From: the human T2T-CHM13v2.0 reference genome, Homo sapiens
Assembly (NCBI RefSeq): GCF_009914755.1
Contig: NC_060937.1
Direction: 5' to 3' (one strand)
DNA length: 64,000 nucleotides
The translations under genes and the position numbers were made by a program. The notes under the pieces are model-generated. The model searched no databases and was not told where the DNA came from. It saw nothing but the letters and a program-made list of their open reading frames with translations. Below are positions 62,701 through 64,000 of this stretch, piece after piece; position 1 is the stretch's first letter, and each line of letters starts with the position of its first letter.

Positions 62701-64000
62701 TATCCAAATACTCAAAATATATATTACATACTGTACATAAAATATCAAAGTACCCAAATTATGTATTATATACTGTACGTAAAATATCAGAGTACCCAAA
62801 ATATGCATTATATACTGTACATAAAATATGAAAGTAACAAAACATTTATAATAAACTGTACATAAAATATCAAAGTACTCAAACTATATATCATATACTG
62901 TACATAAAATATCAAAGTACCCAAAATATATATTGTATACTGTACATAAAATATGAAGGTACATCAAAGATATATTATATTCTGTACATAAAATATCAAA
63001 CTACACCAAATATATATTATATCCTGTACATAATATATTAAAGTTGCCCATATATACATTCTATACTGTACATAAAATATGAACGTACATCAAATATATA
63101 GTATATGCTGCACATAAAATATCAAAGTACCCAAAGTATGTATTATACACTGTACATAAAATATCAAAGTACCAAAAGTATATATTACATACTGTAAATA
63201 AAATATGAAGGTACCTCAAATATATATTATATTCTATACATAAAATATCAAAGTACACCAAGTATATACTATATACTCTGCATAAAATATTAAATTACCC
63301 AAAATATGTATTGCATTGTGTACATAAAATATGAAAGTAACCAAACGTTTATAATAAACTGTACATAAAATATCAAAGTACTCAAACTGTATATTATATA
63401 CTGTACATAAAGTATCAAAGTACCCAAACTGTGTAGTATATATTGTACATAAAATATCAAGGTACCCAAAATATATATTGTAAACTGTAGATAAAATATC
63501 AAAGTAACCAAAATATATATTATATACTGTACATGAAATATGAAGGCACATCCAATATATATTATACTCTGTACATAAAATATCAAAGTACACCAAATGT
63601 ATATTATATACTGTACATAAAATATGAAAGTACCCAAAGTGTATATTATATACTGTACATAAACTATGAAGGTTCATCAAATATATTTTATATTCTGCAC
63701 ATAATATATCAAAGTACAGCAAATATATATTATATACTGTACATAAAATATCAAAGTACCCAAAATATGTATTATATACTGTACATAAAATATGAAAGTA
63801 AGCAAACATTTATAATAAACTGTACATAAAGTATCAAAGTACTCAAACTACATATTATATACAGTATATAAAATATCAAAGTACCCAAACTGTATATTAT
63901 ATACTGTACATAATATATCAAAGTACCCGAATATATAGCATACTCCACATAAAATATCAAAGTACCCAAAGTTTGTATTATACACTGCACATAAAATATG
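52080..64000 (+). repeat. Further, slightly diverged copy of U6(part)-U7-U1-U2-U3(part), running off the window end
   Basis: The ORF track recurs at +13,857 relative to 38263-50133 and at +37,475 relative to 14645-26515, with about ten scattered substitutions noticed by eye. Confidence 0.85.

Larger units (their letters stand above)
1..64000 (+). repeat. Human Satellite 1A (HSat1A / SAR / classical Satellite 1) tandem array, 42-bp monomer, about 1,530 copies, single orientation
   Basis: Seen: continuous head-to-tail repeats of ACATAAAATAT(C/G)AAAGT (17 bp) + ACCCAAAATATATATTATATACTGT (25 bp), with two GTAC (RsaI) sites per consensus monomer, from the first base to the last. Established: this 17+25 bp RsaI-defined 42-mer is the classical Satellite 1 / HSat1A unit. 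Confidence 0.97.

Noticed and set aside
147-63990. Hundreds of 60-200 aa ORFs with 14-residue repeats (YFGYFDILCTVYNI, LGTLIFYVQYIIYI, YYILYIKYQSTQNI) on both strands
   Set aside because: 42 is divisible by 3 and several frames of the consensus lack stop codons. Overlapping ORFs therefore arise automatically and end at the 39-, 40-, 41- and 43-bp variant monomers or at chance stops. There is no domain, no codon-level constraint and no gene structure.
1-64000. CRISPR-like pattern of a conserved ~25-bp core alternating with a more variable ~17-bp part
   Set aside because: The variable parts are point variants of one consensus, not unique spacers. There is no leader and no cas gene, and the sequence is a recognised human satellite.
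1-64000. Alpha satellite, CENP-B boxes, HSat2/3 or HSat1B (DYZ2-type)
   Set aside because: There is no 171-bp monomer, CENP-B box, CATTC repeat or Alu-derived fragment. The ~2.4-kb unit lengths here are deletion variants of the 3,013-bp HOR.
1-64000. Transposon insertion, inversion or unique island within the array
   Set aside because: On reading through, every stretch fits the 42-bp consensus in the same orientation. The largest non-consensus stretch noticed is the 10-bp insertion at about 5610.
1-64000. TATA-box-like motifs (TATATA, TATAAA, TATAAT) as promoters
   Set aside because: Such motifs are unavoidable in a roughly 80% AT repeat, and nothing distinguishes any single site as a promoter.
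1-64000. Assignment to a specific chromosome
   Set aside because: An acrocentric array such as chr13 or chr21 is plausible from my unverified recollection of reported periods, but it cannot be established without mapping.

Overview
The whole 64 kb is one uninterrupted, single-orientation, very AT-rich tandem satellite of about 1,530 copies of a 42-bp monomer (consensus ACATAAAATATCAAAGT+ACCCAAAATATATATTATATACTGT). This matches human classical Satellite 1 (HSat1A/SAR), whose alternating 17- and 25-bp RsaI units are found in pericentromeric and acrocentric short-arm heterochromatin. I see no genes, RNA genes, transposons, inversions or unique sequence. All listed ORFs are by-products of a 42-nt (14-codon) period. 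The array is nested at several scales: 42-bp monomers, six irregular blocks (6/10/14/14/11/17 monomers), a 3,013-bp 72-mer higher-order repeat (HOR), two alternating HOR lineages, and a 19,299-bp macro-unit of seven HOR variants with a 13,857-bp deleted form. On top of these sits an apparently perfect 23,618-bp tandem duplication with a mappable junction at about 28,284-28,322. The most interesting functional idea is a hypothesis only: most monomers carry a perfect Pumilio response element (TGTANATA) on the + strand, interspersed with AATAAA signals. All lengths were counted by hand from marker motifs and ORF-track offsets, not from a computed alignment.
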